This document shows, one piece after another, positions 28,090 to 45,036 of a stretch of DNA of 64,000 nucleotides. Source of the stretch: Octopus vulgaris (lineage: Eukaryota). Location of the stretch: positions 50,406,001-50,470,000 of the forward strand of contig OX597816.1 in assembly GCA_951406725.2 (NCBI GenBank), given 5' to 3'. The notes under the pieces were generated by a model. That model was not told where the DNA came from. It ran no database searches and saw only the letters and a program-made list of their open reading frames with translations. Position numbers and translations under genes: made by a program. Numbering within the stretch: position 1 is the first letter of the stretch; each line of letters starts with the position of its first letter.

Positions 28090-28360
28090 CATTCTCTTAT
28101 ATATGCCCAATTAAACACAATATAATCAAACACACAGATACGTGAGTTAATATTGAGATTGAATATTCGCAATTATGAAACCGCGAATATTACTCTTGAA
28201 AATAATACTCAAAACCGTTCTTTATGTTGCTGAGGTTTCTAATGAGTTTTAGTTCTTCCGTAACTTATGATGTCGAAAAAGACGTGCTTTTTCTCTGCCC
28301 AGCCCGCATTTTCACCCATGCACACGAACATGAACACACTCTACGCACAGTTATGTTTAA

Positions 28361-28419
<59 letters not shown>

Positions 28420-29480
28420 ACACATATGCATTCATAGGTAAGTATTCACATACATATGCGCATTTATATTTAAAATTTTAAATGAAATTTACATTCCTGA
28501 GTGGGAATGAAATTAAAATAATATTCAGACATATCGTGATATACTCTTCTCTCTTTGAAATTCTATTACCTTCATGTTCACCGGTGCAATGTTTAAATAA
28601 CTGGACCCCATCATAATATATTTCATATATTTGTATAAATGTAATTATTTCTCAAATTTACAAAAGTCAACCTTATAAGAGTTTCTTTTTACAGTCAGTT
28701 GAAACACCCACCGATATGTATTTTCGTCAATCTAAAATTATAGAAGAGGTAAATCAAATATGATTGATTGTGAACATAAAAGACGTACGTAATTATCATA
28801 TTATTGATTTTTTAACGATATTGTTTTCTAAAGTATTATTGATTTTTACCATTTCCTCATACCAACACTTTTTCGGAGATGTAATTTAGTATTTTAAGTG
28901 TTTTTGATGTAATGAACCAGAGTACTCTTTTTTCTTTTTTGTTTTATCATACGAGCGAGTAAAATATACGTTTTCAACCTTGTCCGGTTGTGAAATGTTT
29001 GTCGCATGAGAATTCCGGGCCCCAGTAATGAACTCATTTGCATACAGCCAACCAGATCTCACCTTGACATTATTGCCATACCATTCTTGAATGTGTTAAA
29101 AACAACCAATCTCTTGGTAAAGCACACATTAGCAAGTAAACTCAAGACGAAGAACGATGTTCTAAGTCGACCGTTCGCCAAGATATACCTGGTTTTAGGA
29201 GACAAGTAATTAGATAGATTTGCGTCTATACTAATTATCGGATTTTATTAGGGCCCCTTATGGTAAGGATGTGGATGTGGAAAAAGGGAAGAAGGTTATG
29301 TGCCCTCCTCTTATTGTTTTACAACGTAAACAACAGCAGAATTAACTACACAGAGGCAACCATGGTTGAAACAAGAACAAGAACAACCAGCATTAGTAAA
29401 AGAGAAAAGAAGCGTGGCTATTGCTTACCCAAGTGAACTTATCTTATCGCCCATCAATTGTTATGCACTTATAAATTTTT

Positions 29481-29719
29481 TAATAGTTGAACTTTGATTG
29501 GCTGTATGCAAATATGTTCATAACTGGGGTCCGGAACTTTCGTGGGAAATAATTTTTCGCGGCCCGGTCTGTCAAAGTCCCGACCATTGTTTCGTAGTCA
29601 CGCCGTGTCACCACCATAGTTAATTAAATTAGTTTGATAGTTGATCTCTGATTGGCTCTGTGCAAATAAGTTCATAACTGGGGTCCGGAACTTTCGTGGG
29701 AAAAAAATTTCGCGGCCCG
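29481..29719. repeat. Duplicated ~86-bp motif-rich unit (154-bp period)
   Basis: 29481-29566 and 29635-29719 share gattggct..tgcaaata.gttcataactggggtccggaactttcgtgggaaa..tttcgcggcccg. Confidence 0.9.
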
Positions 29720-31421
29720 TTTAAAGTTGATTTTTATACTTGTGTGAGCAATCTTTCCTAGAAAATTCGTTCATCAGTACAACAAAGTTTCTATCATTTT
29801 GTCCTCCTAATAGAACAGCATTGCTACCATTGGCATAAACACACCGATACTAGTAGAGCGAGAATGTACTGTTAGACCGAGAAGAAACTGGTAGAGCGAG
29901 TAACTTAATTTTTAAGTTATTATCTTAGCTGCGAAAATGGTAACCTACTTGGACGATGTTTATATTGAAGCCTGTTCACAAATGATATCGTGGATATTAT
30001 CTAAAGCGCATAAGAACGGTATTTATTAGGAAACCCCGTTTATCACACACCTTGCGCGTTACATGCGAGCAAACATGCACTGTAACATAGTCAGGTCTAC
30101 TGTATCTTTAAATTATTTATATGCCCAACCTGAATGTTGTCAGAAAAATACAGTTAAAAGCATTCTAACCAAGGCCTACAACATCGCCTTTAACACTTGT
30201 TGCCATATACCTACACAACTCACTAATCATTATGTTACTTTTTATATGTTATTTGTCGTACGGTCCTGCAATCCCACCAAAAAATAATTAACTAGCTATG
30301 GCTGTCTGGAAATATTACTGATAATAGCGTCTCTTTTAAACTAGACCAATGATTACATCTCCGTGTAAAAGATCGAAAGCCGGAGAAAGCACGACAAATT
30401 TTATAGTGATGAGATTAAAAGGAATTAAGTGTAGCATGTAAAGAAATATGTCAAAATACTATAAGGCATTCTATCTTGCAGACTAGAGTTACTATTTTCT
30501 AGTGATTAGTGAATTGTGATATTTTTAGCCGAGGCAGGTCAAAATACACCGGTTTGAATTTTTACAGCGGCCACAAGTAGCCCTAGTGGATATCTCCTTA
30601 ATCTACCTTAAGTTTCGAAATAGAGGTTCCAAGTTCTAGATCAGTCTTATTATCAATAAATGCCAAAGAAGTTATTTTATGAAAATCGATGATCAAGCCA
30701 GTCGAAATATACGTAGATGTAAATATTAATACATTTTTCTCTTCTAAAGATGAAGTCGTAACCATAAAAATTGTTATCATGTTAACAATAATTAATCTTA
30801 GTCATTTAATATTTCACACGCGCGCGCATGCAACACTTACACATATATAGATATATGTTCAAAAGTTACATACAAATACATATGTCTGGGTGTACTTCTA
30901 AACTTCTTGGTTGTAGCTCTTCCGGCTGTCTGCAATTTGTGATAAAAACACTGATGTCAACCTCGCTTTTATCTCAGCGTGGGCGTCAAAATGTTACTAT
31001 AAAGTCGATTTTTCTTCACTTGATTTCTCTCTCTCTCTTTCTCTTTCATTCTCACTATCTCTTTCTTGCTCTTAAACACACATACACATATACACTACGT
31101 GTCTCATTTTCTCTCTTTCTGTCTGCGATACATGCACAATCTCTTTTTTATTTTATTCTTTCTCTCACCCTCTCTGAATCTGTTATAAGAATTGTTGTAA
31201 GAATTGAATTATGAGGAACACTACAAGTTTCCAAAAAACTGAGCAGTCGGCCTCCAACCGCTCCTCAGGCAGCAAATGTATATGCTTTGGCACATTTCAA
31301 GACCTGCCATTTGCATTTCAATACCCCTATAAGTGTGACTTATTCGCTCTCTCTCTCTTTCTCTCACTTTATTTGTCTCTCTCTGTCTCTGTCTGTCTAT
31401 CTGTCTCTCTCTCTCTCTTTC

Positions 31422-31484
<63 letters not shown>

Positions 31485-31629
31485 ATCTGCCGAGGTCGAC
31501 TTTGCCTTCCATTCTTTTGGGTCGATAAATTAAGTACCAGTTACACACTGGGGTCGATGTAATCGACGTAATCCCTTTGTCTGTCCTTGTTTGCCCCCTC
31601 TTTGTTTAGACCATTGTGGGTAATAAAGA

Positions 31630-31632
<3 letters not shown>
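31485..31632 (+). mobile_element. SINE family A, 5'-truncated
   Basis: Runs from gccgaggtcgactttgcc to aataaagaaa, between (TA)n tracts. Confidence 0.85.
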
Positions 31633-31667
<35 letters not shown>

Positions 31668-31814
31668 CAGGAAACAATTTTACGAAATGCATAAATACAT
31701 GATGAGTAAAGCAACGACATCGGTATAGGTTACATGTTGTTATCCGTAGATTTACTCCAAGAACTTTGAAATGGTAGTTGGGGTAATGATATTAATCAAA
31801 TAGAAGAGCAGACT

Positions 31815-32112
31815 GTGTATTAGATTTTATTGAGTTCAGCACGTTTCGAAACTTCGTTCGGGTTCTCTTCAGGTACACATGTAAGAAAGTCGCACTAGAG
31901 ATTTCTTCTGTCGGCTTTCTTACCGCTCGCTGTCTGTCAATCATATTCGAGAATCAATAAAGCCTTTTATTAATTCTCAAATTCCATAGATATATAGCAG
32001 TAAGTAAGCCGACACAAGAAATCTCTAGTACGACTTTATTCATTAATGCATCCGAAGAAACCCAGAACGACGGGCTGAAACAATTGTTGTACTCAATAAA
32101 GTCCAATATACA
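31815..32112. mobile_element. Fold-back element with a decayed hammerhead in each arm
   Basis: Arms at 31815-31917 and 32006-32112. Left arm (-) reads GUAC-CUGAAGA...GAAAC. Right arm (+) reads CCGAAGA-AACCC..GGGCU-GAAAC-AAUU-GUU^GUAC followed by aataaa. Confidence 0.7.
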
Positions 32113-32140
32113 TTCCATCTCCTAATTTACTAATATAATG

Positions 32141-32207
<67 letters not shown>

Positions 32208-32215
32208 TAATAATG

Positions 32216-32296
<81 letters not shown>

Positions 32297-34435
32297 CAGT
32301 ACCAGGCAGTGGCTTTCGAGGCTTGTGATCTTAACTGATTGGAAGTGATATCGTGTACATTGTTTTGTCTTGGTATAAAAGCTGGGTTGAAGCAACTATT
32401 CTGCTCAATACCACAGACTTCTTGCGGCCTTTTCTCCATTCTTGTACCTCAGAGATAAGATTCTAATTTTATAATTAAAAAAAAAAAGCCCACATGATTA
32501 ATGTTATTCCGACTGCTATGCTGATGTCATATTATTACATCAGCATAAGTAGGAGAATGATCATATCCAACAAATGAATTTTGTCGCATACTTTGCATAA
32601 AGACGTCTTTTGAAGTGTTCTAACGAATCGATGGCTTTTATAATTCACCAAATAAAGCCGAAACAGAATATGATAATAATTCTCAGATATCTAAGATATC
32701 TGTATAGAATTACGTGTATATTATCAAAGTGATCTTCTTCCGCCCAAGAGAATATTCTGTTATATGAATAATGGAAATGATATAATTATGGAAATTTCGG
32801 CAATCACATAAATTAATATAATAGCCTACATGATATTATGCTAGTAATAAGCACAACTGAGATTTTTTTTTTTAAATTAGGAATTTGTTTTGCATATTCT
32901 AATAATTTTAAAAGAAGCATTTAAATATCTACTATATTGTGTGGCTACATAGCTCGCTATCGTAAAGTAGTAATTAATAAACACCACATTAAACAACTTG
33001 TATGAAATTTTAGATATGATACAAGACAAGATTGTCACTTTGTATCTCCAGACCTCAACAATTCATTATCAAATGCTTGACATCGGTAGTCTGAATCGTA
33101 ATGAGCGAAGATATGGTATTTCGAACAAATCTTTTGAAGAAAAGCCTTTACTTTACGTCATATAACAAAGAGTGTGTGGATAATGAACCTTGTGTTGATT
33201 CGTTATCAATGAAAGTTTTTCGATAAGGTTAGCAACCAATACTTGGCAATTTCTCACCTATCTTCAGTACCTCAATTTACAGATACATATACTAGGTTGT
33301 GGCACGAAACAAAATCTACCAGTAAAATGGACATGCATATCGGCAGGATCAACCCATGCCACAGCATCTTTGGATGGCAGGTAGAAGTATCAGTTAAGAC
33401 TGCTTCAAGTGTGGTTTGGTCTAGATTTCCAAGTCAAGAAGAACGAGTACGATGTGACGAGTATGATGACCACTCTCACACGGAAAACTGCCACTGTCAC
33501 CTATTGTCACTAGACTGCCGTGCGACCTCAATTTCAAGTCTGATCTGACGGAAGTATCTGCTCCTCATTTCTCAAGGATGCTACACATCACATTGATCAC
33601 GAGTTTATCAGCTTACACTTCACGGGAAAAGTAGCCTATCATGGCCGATGATTCGGGGGCCTGAACCGAAGACATTGATACCTTTACAGTGAAAAGTTGT
33701 GGTGCCGTGTGTCACAAGCGGTTTTTTTTTTGCAGATCCTCTCTGTCACAGGCCTGCAGACCTTGAAAAAACAAAGAACCGAGACAGGGTACTTTGCATA
33801 CGAAATATAATTGAGTAAACACCTCAAAAACTATCTATATTAGGTACACAATAAGTCTAGTTGAAATACCAATTTGGTGTTCTATTGGGGAATAGTTGCG
33901 TGCAAAGCACCGATTTCACGGGGAAAATCAGACCGGTGATTGACGTCAAGGAGTTGGTGATTCTCGGAAGACTTTGATAGCGGAGCCTATTGATAATCTC
34001 CAGATGTCTCCGTCTTATCAGTAATCTCGGGGCCGTTAACGTTTCGAGATAAAATCTGCCTGTACGGAAAAGATGTGAGCATGGCATCTATGCCCGAGCT
34101 ACCTTGTGGTAATATGCTGAATAAATTCCTATCCTTTAGACTGAAAAGGCAGGCAATATCTATATCATCATCATCGTCGTCGTCGTCGTCGTTGTCGTGG
34201 TCATCGTAGTCTTCGTCGTTGTCGTCATTGTAGTCGTCATCATCATCATCATCATTATTACTACTGTTATTAATATTATTTTTCTGGCTGTTATTCATAT
34301 TATTATATTATCAGGTATTTAAAAAAATCTCGTTGTGACTGTATGAAGAGGAGATGCTTAAGTATACTTAGACTCTGTGTACTCACCTGCACTACCCTCG
34401 AACATTTTTATCCTCCTGTGTAGTTACTAAAGAAG

Positions 34436-34496
<61 letters not shown>

Positions 34497-34512
34497 ATTA
34501 TTATTATTATTA

Positions 34513-35010
34513 AAGCAGGCAATAACAAATCACCAAAGGTTTCAAGCAGTGCCTTCTCTTGTGACTAAAAGGGATAATACTCTCCTTAGAATGCGAGCTA
34601 TACCCAAAAATATCACTTGGAATCTAACAGCAGCTCTAATATTCATGATATTTTTTTCAAAGCTCTTGAAATTACCACCAGTATTACCATTACTTTCCTC
34701 ATGCCCTATAACTTTCCTATCTCGTCCCGCAGTGGCTGGTATTTCTCACTCTTTTCTTTTTCCTTACCTTTCGCCCTCGAATCACTTAGTATTGCAAAAT
34801 CTATTCTCGTTACTTCCTTTTCATCTTGTCGTCTCACTTCTCTGACTTGGTCGCACTGTGTGTTAAAATCCCAGAGTATTTTGTTATGTTCGTTTTCCAC
34901 TACTCCTTCTGCTTTGTGTTAAGCTCTCTCATGTCTCGTTTTGTATTCGATTTGTACGAGCTTTCAGCACTCACTAACAATATGGTTTATACTTTCTCGC
35001 TTCTCAGACC
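34513..35010 (-). mobile_element. Decayed R4/Dong-type RLE retrotransposon 3' fragment
   Basis: Encodes ENEHNKILWDFNTQCD..RRQD..IDFAI..KEKEKSEKYQPL. Its 3' side abuts the (TTA)n tract at 34437-34512. Confidence 0.8.
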
Positions 35011-35731
35011 ACATCCTACACTGTGGCGAGTCAGTGCTTTTATTATGGCTGTTATTCATATTATATTATTATCTCCTGTTTCAAAAAAGGTCATTGTGGC
35101 TTAGAGTCTAAGTATACTGCAGTAGTAATACACCTCTCATTATTTACTGGTTAGAAAACTGCTATTGAAGTCATTTGTACCTGTAAGTCATTAAATTTTT
35201 CTCTTGTGCGCATGTGAGCAGCAGAATGTTAAAATTCAATATATATGTATTGTATTATCGTGATTTATTTCAAATGATGTTATTCAACATTCGCACCTAT
35301 TTTCTTTGCTCAACAAATTCATAAATATTAATTATGCCATTTCTTTGGATTTCTAGATTTAATATTCAGCATAGCTAAATTAAAAAGCAAAATTGAACAA
35401 TACCAACATCCGAGAATCCTATACCTGCTTGTGTATTTATACGAAAAGCACGATCACTTAGTGTTTTTTTTATATTTCACATTGTATTATCAACATGAAT
35501 AACATAGCAATCATTTAATATAGTAAATATTTACACAATTTCTTTATTGCAACAAGTATAAACGTAATATTTATTTATTCCAATAGATATGTAGTCAAAT
35601 ATTCATTTATTGTAATGTGTGCTTTGTTATATACGTACTTATAGCAAACATAGATGACTTGCACAAACATATATACCTATATTTTGTATGTATAAATGCT
35701 TGTTTTACTACATACAGTTTTTTGTGTTTGT

Positions 35732-35835
<104 letters not shown>

Positions 35836-36504
35836 ATTCATTTCTACTCTAAGCACAAGGCCCAGAATTTTGGGGAGGGTTCCACTCGATTAGATCGACC
35901 CCAGTACCCAACAGGAACTTAATTTATCAACCCTCGCATACACATACATAAATTCATCTTTATGTATGTGTATGTGAGAGTTTGTTTTTCTGTGTGTACA
36001 TTTGCAAAATATCGTAAAATTTTGTATGTCTTCTAACCTGTAACAAAATATTGAACAACGATACCTGTGTCCATGCCTTCAACATTTCCTTTCGAAAGTA
36101 CACATAAAATGTGTAAAAATACTTTCTCGGAAATGATCACAATTTTACATTTCTTTCCATAATTTTCTTTACAATGTAATTTCTGTTCTGCTAAGCTGTG
36201 GCTGATATTTACTAAATGTTGTTACATCACAAGTTTGTGCTTGAATTTAAATGAAGCAAAGAAGACTTATATAATTTTATTCTTATACATTTTCTCATTA
36301 CGTGGGTGGAAGATATATCGAAAACACATTCTGAACTTTTTTTTTTTAATTATAATTTCTTAAGGCGTATTTACTTCAGGATTCAATATCCGGTTTGGAA
36401 ATGCATCAAACATTGAAACACACTGCATCAAATAAATCATAAATATGTACTCGAAGTGCATAACAGGGAAAAAACTAAAACTAATGTATACCACCAAAGT
36501 ATTC

Positions 36505-36648
36505 GGCATTATGTGGCTGCGTGGCAAGAAGCTTGCTTCCCAATCACGTGGTTCCAAGGTTCATTCCCACTGCATGGCACCTTGGGTAATGTCTCCGACC
36601 AAAGCCTTATGAGTTGATTTTGCTTATAGAAACTTAATGAAACACGTC

Positions 36649-36650
<2 letters not shown>
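36505..36650 (+). mobile_element. SINE family B, 5' part
   Basis: tgtggctgcgtggcaagaagcttgc..cccactgcatggcaccttggg. Confidence 0.78.
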
Positions 36651-36731
<81 letters not shown>

Positions 36732-37169
36732 AAGACAATACAAGAATTACATTATGATGCGTTTGGAATACCCAGACTACATGTTCTGAATATTCCAAAC
36801 GTATCATGATATATTCTGCAAGATAGCTATCTATCACAAAATGAAAGCAAAGCATTGCAACGGCCAAAGTTGTAAAAAATTTGGAAATGTTAATGTCTTA
36901 ATGAATAAAGTCATGAGAAACAGTCAAACAGATATGTAAATAATTTTAAAAGGAAAAATATTGTGAAGGGATGCTTTTTTGCGAAAAATTACACAAATCT
37001 GATGATCAAGAGACCTATCTGTCGAGGAAGGCATGGTCTGATATGCAATAAGCAAACATTTATATAAGACATTCTATTGTAGACATTGCCCGACAACGAG
37101 GGGTTATTCATCTATGGAAGAAAACGTAAGATATTATCTATATATTTATTGTTTCAGTACTATTTTTTT

Positions 37170-37560
37170 ACTCTCTTTTACTTGTTTCAGTCATTTAACT
37201 GCGGCCATGCTGGAGCACCGCCTTTAATCGAACAGCTCGACCTCGGGACTTATTCTTTTTGTAAGCCCAGTACTTATTCTATCGGTCTCTTTTGCCGAAC
37301 CGGGGTCATAAACACACCAGCATCGGTTGTCAAGCAATGCTAGGGGGACAAACACAGACACGCAAGGACACAAGTGTATATATATACATACATATATACG
37401 ACGGGCTTCTTTCAGTTTCCGTCTACCAAATCCACTCACAAGGCTTTGGTCGGCCCGAGGTTATAGTAGAAGACATTTGCCCAAGGTGCCACGCAGGGGG
37501 ACTGAACCCGGAACCATGTGGTTGGTAAACAAGCTACTTACCACACAGCCACTCCTGCGC
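37170..37560 (-). mobile_element. SINE family B, full length
   Basis: Complete head GCGCAGGAGTGGCTGTGTGGTAAG, CORE-like block, internal microsatellite and A-rich tail. Confidence 0.92.
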
Positions 37561-38116
37561 TGGTAATGTTTTAACAAATCTTCATGCAGTGATTTGAAAG
37601 CAAATAAAAAAACACTTTACATTTCACTTGTTTGTTTAACATCTGTTCTTGGATGTATTGTAAAAGTTTTGACTGAACATATGACAGTTAATACACTAAA
37701 CCCTTATATATACATTCAAGAACAAAGTATAAAAAATCGCTGTTCGCCTCAGTAAAAAACATTCTCTCTCACGCTCTGTCCCTGTCTCTCGTTCTCTCTC
37801 CCTCATTCTCACTCACATTCTCACGTCTGTCTGTCATTTCCTTTTTCCTCCCTTACTCTGATTTCAGCTACCCTCATTATGCCACTAAATTTTCCCTCGA
37901 CCTAACAACTGTTTCACCTATCTCCTTTTTTAATATAGTCCGACTGCCATCAGGGGCCATTATCGAATTTTAGGGCCTATTAACGATTTTTATTGGAATC
38001 CACCAATTAGCCTATAATTGAACTAGATGTTAGTTTAACGTGTATTGAAAGTTTCGTGAAGATTGGTTATCGAGATGGTAATAGACAGATATTGTTAGAC
38101 AGATATAGTTATATAT

Positions 38117-38395
38117 AGGCAGAGATGTGGCTTTGGGGTAAAAAGAAGTGGGGCAAGAGGAGTGGCTGTGCTTCACAACTGCAGGGTTCCAGGTTGAGTC
38201 CCACTGCGTGGCACGTTCGGCAAGTGTTGTTTATTACAGCCCTGGACCAACTAAAGCCTTGTGAGGTTTGATAGATGGAAACTTAAAGAAGGCCGTCGCA
38301 TATATATATATGTATATATGTATGTGTGTGTCTTTCTGTCTTTGTTTATCACCTAACCATCACTTGACAACCGATGTTGGTGCGTTTACGTCCCC
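38117..38395 (+). mobile_element. SINE family B with duplicated head, 3'-truncated
   Basis: Contains ggagtggctgtg, cccactgcgtggcac and cacttgacaaccgatgttgg. Confidence 0.78.
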
Positions 38396-38509
38396 TATGA
38401 ATATTTAGCGCCTAGGGGCTGGTCCAAAGTACGAGTTACGCCGAACTGTAAGTTGTTCTTATATAATTGGGTATCCGACAAGTCGTAAATCCCCTTGCTG
38501 TATTATAAT

Positions 38510-38886
38510 CAAATGAAGAGTAAGAGACGATGGGTAATAGTCAGCTCATTGCAGTTTTTTACGCATTTTTAATAGAATGACAACATTACTTCATTACAAA
38601 AATCCGTAATCATCAAATGAAACGTAATTCTACTTACAAAAGAATACCCCAAGAATACAGCAGAAACGTGGATTAGGTCTGTCAAGACTAAACATGAAAT
38701 TTACCCTCGACAGACATCAACCACGCCCACGCTATATTCTTGGTATATTCTTTTCTATGTAGAATTACGTTTCATCTGATAATTACGGTTTGTGTAATAA
38801 AGTAATATCATTCTTCTATTAAAAACGTGCGTAAGAAACAGCTGTAGTGAGACAACAATTATCCATAATCTGTAATTATTCATTTG
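38510..38886. repeat. ~375-bp imperfect palindrome with almost no spacer
   Basis: Arms pair around ~38696, e.g. atgaaacgtaattctac / gtagaattacgtttcat and caagaata / tattcttg. Confidence 0.85.
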
Positions 38887-38892
38887 AATTTG

Positions 38893-42140
<3,248 letters not shown>

Positions 42141-42144
42141 TATC

Positions 42145-42199
<55 letters not shown>

Positions 42200-42824
42200 A
42201 GTGAAGAGACGAAAGAGGGCTGTGCCGAATAAATTTGGTAGGGTTTCCATCAATTTTTTAAGAATAGTGTGATTCGCTTCCATAGAGTTCAAAACTTCGT
42301 AGACTCATAGAATAATTTTACAATGAGATGCTTTTGAAATTGAAGTTACATAATTCATAGAAATTGCCTGTGGCTTCTACATGCCAGGCCTCTATTTTCA
42401 ACTCAGATCACGTGCCTTTATTGTGAAACACATCTTAACTTCTCTTTGTTCTCTGATCCTCACCGCCAGGCGAGATACTGCTTGGCGGTATGTCTGCGGA
42501 TTCTTGTATTGCATACTTAGAGCCATCAGGTCGGTATATTTGCTGGTATGCATGAAAAAGTGACGTGTTATCGCGGGTTAGCGGAGCAGTAAACACTATC
42601 TAAAGCAGCTTTTTTTCTGGGAGTAATCAGATTGGTGGTTGAGCGTATGGTGAGATTGTAGAGTATATAGATTGAGGGGGTTAAGTTCGATGCTTTGAAA
42701 ATGGAATAGTCTGGCCTGAGGCATTTATCTAGATTGCTGTGAGTTTTGGAACATATCTAGAGGGAATACCTCTCGTGCAAAAAGTTAGTTCTGTTGATGG
42801 ATACTGCAGGTTCGCGAAGTATGT

Positions 42825-43135
42825 ATATTCCGCCGGGGCCAATCTTTCAATAGTGTAAGACCTTCATCAACCATACTGTTGTATTGCATGCGATCTGTGG
42901 CATGAAAAATCTCACCTTCATCCAAGCTTGGTATCAAATTGTCTTTAAGCAACTGGATGTATTTTGGCACTATTCAAGTTACCGTGAATTCTAACCAACA
43001 TTCTTGAAACATCACTTATTATGTATCCCCAAAGAATCAGACTGACACCCCCAAACTTCACTGTTTCTGTCGTGTACCCTGGATAGTTTCGCTTAATAAT
43101 AGGGGAGAATTTGTCAGAAGGCCTCCAGGAAACAC
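42825..43135 (-). mobile_element. Tc1-family transposase relic
   Basis: YTTETVKFGGVSLILWGYI..IHGNLNSA / KYIQLLKDNLIPSL..IF..LLKDWP across a frameshift. Confidence 0.8.
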
Positions 43136-43620
43136 CTCTCTCTTTCTTCAACTTCATTCGCTTCCAGGAAACAATTATATCTCTCTTCAACTTCATACGC
43201 GAGTAATTAGGTTGTTTAGCATACATATCTGCTCCATATATCAATTGTTCACTTATATAATGAAGTCCGTTACATTTACACACAAAATTCTAAATAAATA
43301 CAGTCGTCAAATTAAATCAATCGCCTTTTTATTAATTTCTTTTCGGTTATTGTTGTATGAATTATTTTCTGGATATAATAAAATTGTAGTTATATTAAAA
43401 TAAAATAATAATAACTCCTATTTCTACATATAAGTATACATTACTTGATGGAATTTTAGAATGTGTTATACGTAACTATTGTAGTTGATAACATTTTGTC
43501 AGCATTAAAATAATATATAAGATTAAATTCATATTATTACGTTATCTCTTTTCACTATTAATAAATCATTTGTGCAGGTCCTCCAACGCTAATACGTTGT
43601 TTTAGACGGAGGATTTCATC

Positions 43621-43682
<62 letters not shown>

Positions 43683-43770
43683 GTATATATATATATATAC
43701 ACACATACATATATACATGCATATATACACGCATATATATGCGTATATCTGTATATATAAATATATATCC

Positions 43771-43834
<64 letters not shown>

Positions 43835-44015
43835 CACAAATGTTTTCGCAAATCGTCAGCTTTCTGTACGCAAGCATACAGACACACACAAACACAAAAC
43901 CAGCTAGCCATCCCAGCCACACATACACACATACACACATATACACAGAGTGAATCACGCTTACACAAACACACACATACTGAAAACACACACACAAAAG
44001 TATTATATATATGTT

Positions 44016-44048
<33 letters not shown>

Positions 44049-44095
44049 CTGTATGCTTGCGTACAGAAAGCTGACGATTTGCGATAACATTTGTG
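43835..44095. repeat. Local inverted duplication (56-bp arms, 1 mismatch)
   Basis: 43835-43890 is the reverse complement of 44040-44095. Confidence 0.92.
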
Positions 44096-44559
44096 AATCA
44101 GAATGTTATTTGCCTTGTGACTTCTAAACGTACTGGTTACACTGCAGATCATAGAAGCTAGAGGTCCCATGCCAGTAGAATTTATTCGTCCTATTATAAA
44201 TTCTTTATATGCAAAATAACCTTCTGGTTTTGACAAAAAAAATATCAACTATATATTAATGAATTTTAATTTATATTTTCAATGCATCCTCTTGAACCAA
44301 AGACACTGTCCAGTTTTTCTGCATTCTAGTTGCACCAACCGATTATGTTCTGGAACCTGTTAATGTCTCCGTGGAGACAGGTTCGGATTGCATTATTCAT
44401 TGAGAGCTAAATTTGTAATTTCATCAATAAATGTAATCCTTTCATTTCAGATAAGTTCATTTAAGTTCATTTGCATACCATGAATTAAGTAATGATCTGC
44501 CATCTAATGATATTAATCTAGCTCCTGTCTATTGACTGGGAGTTATCTGTGAGACGAAG

Positions 44560-45036
44560 ATGGTGTTCGAGGATCTACTAAGGGATACAGTGAGAAAAGC
44601 ATGCACCAGGTTTTGGAGCTAATTTGAGGCCATAGTGAAAGCTGAGGGTGGCTATTTAGAGTAAAGTGTTATTTCCCATGCGTAGGAGTGGCTGTGTGGT
44701 AAGTAGTTGGCTTACCAACCACATGATTCTGGGTTCCCCAACATCGCTTGACAACCGACACTTGTGTGTTTACGTCCCCGTAACCAAGCGTTTCGGCAAA
44801 AGAGACCGATAGAATAAGTACTAGGCTTACAAAGAATAAGTCCAGGGGTCGATTTGCTCGACTAAGGGTGGTGCTCCAGCATGGCCACAGTCAAATGACT
44901 GAAATAAGCAAAAGAGTAAAGAGTGATGAGTAATCTAATTGCGATTTTATAAAAAATACTAGTGTTTTTGGATGCGATATTGTGTTTTTTTTTTCCTTTG
45001 ATGGAAAGTATTCAAGTTTATCCCGAACAACCTGTA
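44560..45036 (+). mobile_element. 3' relic of a Tc1/mariner-superfamily element interrupted by a SINE
   Basis: KACTRFWS*FEAIVKAEGGYLE* (ending 44663) resembles a transposase C-terminus. A TIR-like caacctgTA lies at ~45028-45036. Confidence 0.5.
44680..44925 (+). mobile_element. SINE family B with internal deletion
   Basis: The head gcgtaggagtggctgtgtggtaag is joined directly to the 3' half (aacatcgcttgacaaccga...aaagagtaaa). Confidence 0.88.

Noticed and set aside
29740-29782. Minus-strand CUGAUGA...GAAAG-AUUG-CUC
   Set aside because: Stems I and II do not pair convincingly.
29006-30287. Short ORFs with faint Penelope RT-like words (IPFLNVL, KSILTKAYNI)
   Set aside because: Too short and too far apart to support without a profile search.
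33243-33620. 101-aa ORF or a decayed RTE fragment
   Set aside because: No motif could be assigned with confidence.
44066-44095. CUGACGA...GA(U/A)AAC as a hammerhead
   Set aside because: Only 5 nt lie between the core halves, and there is no stem II or stem I pairing.
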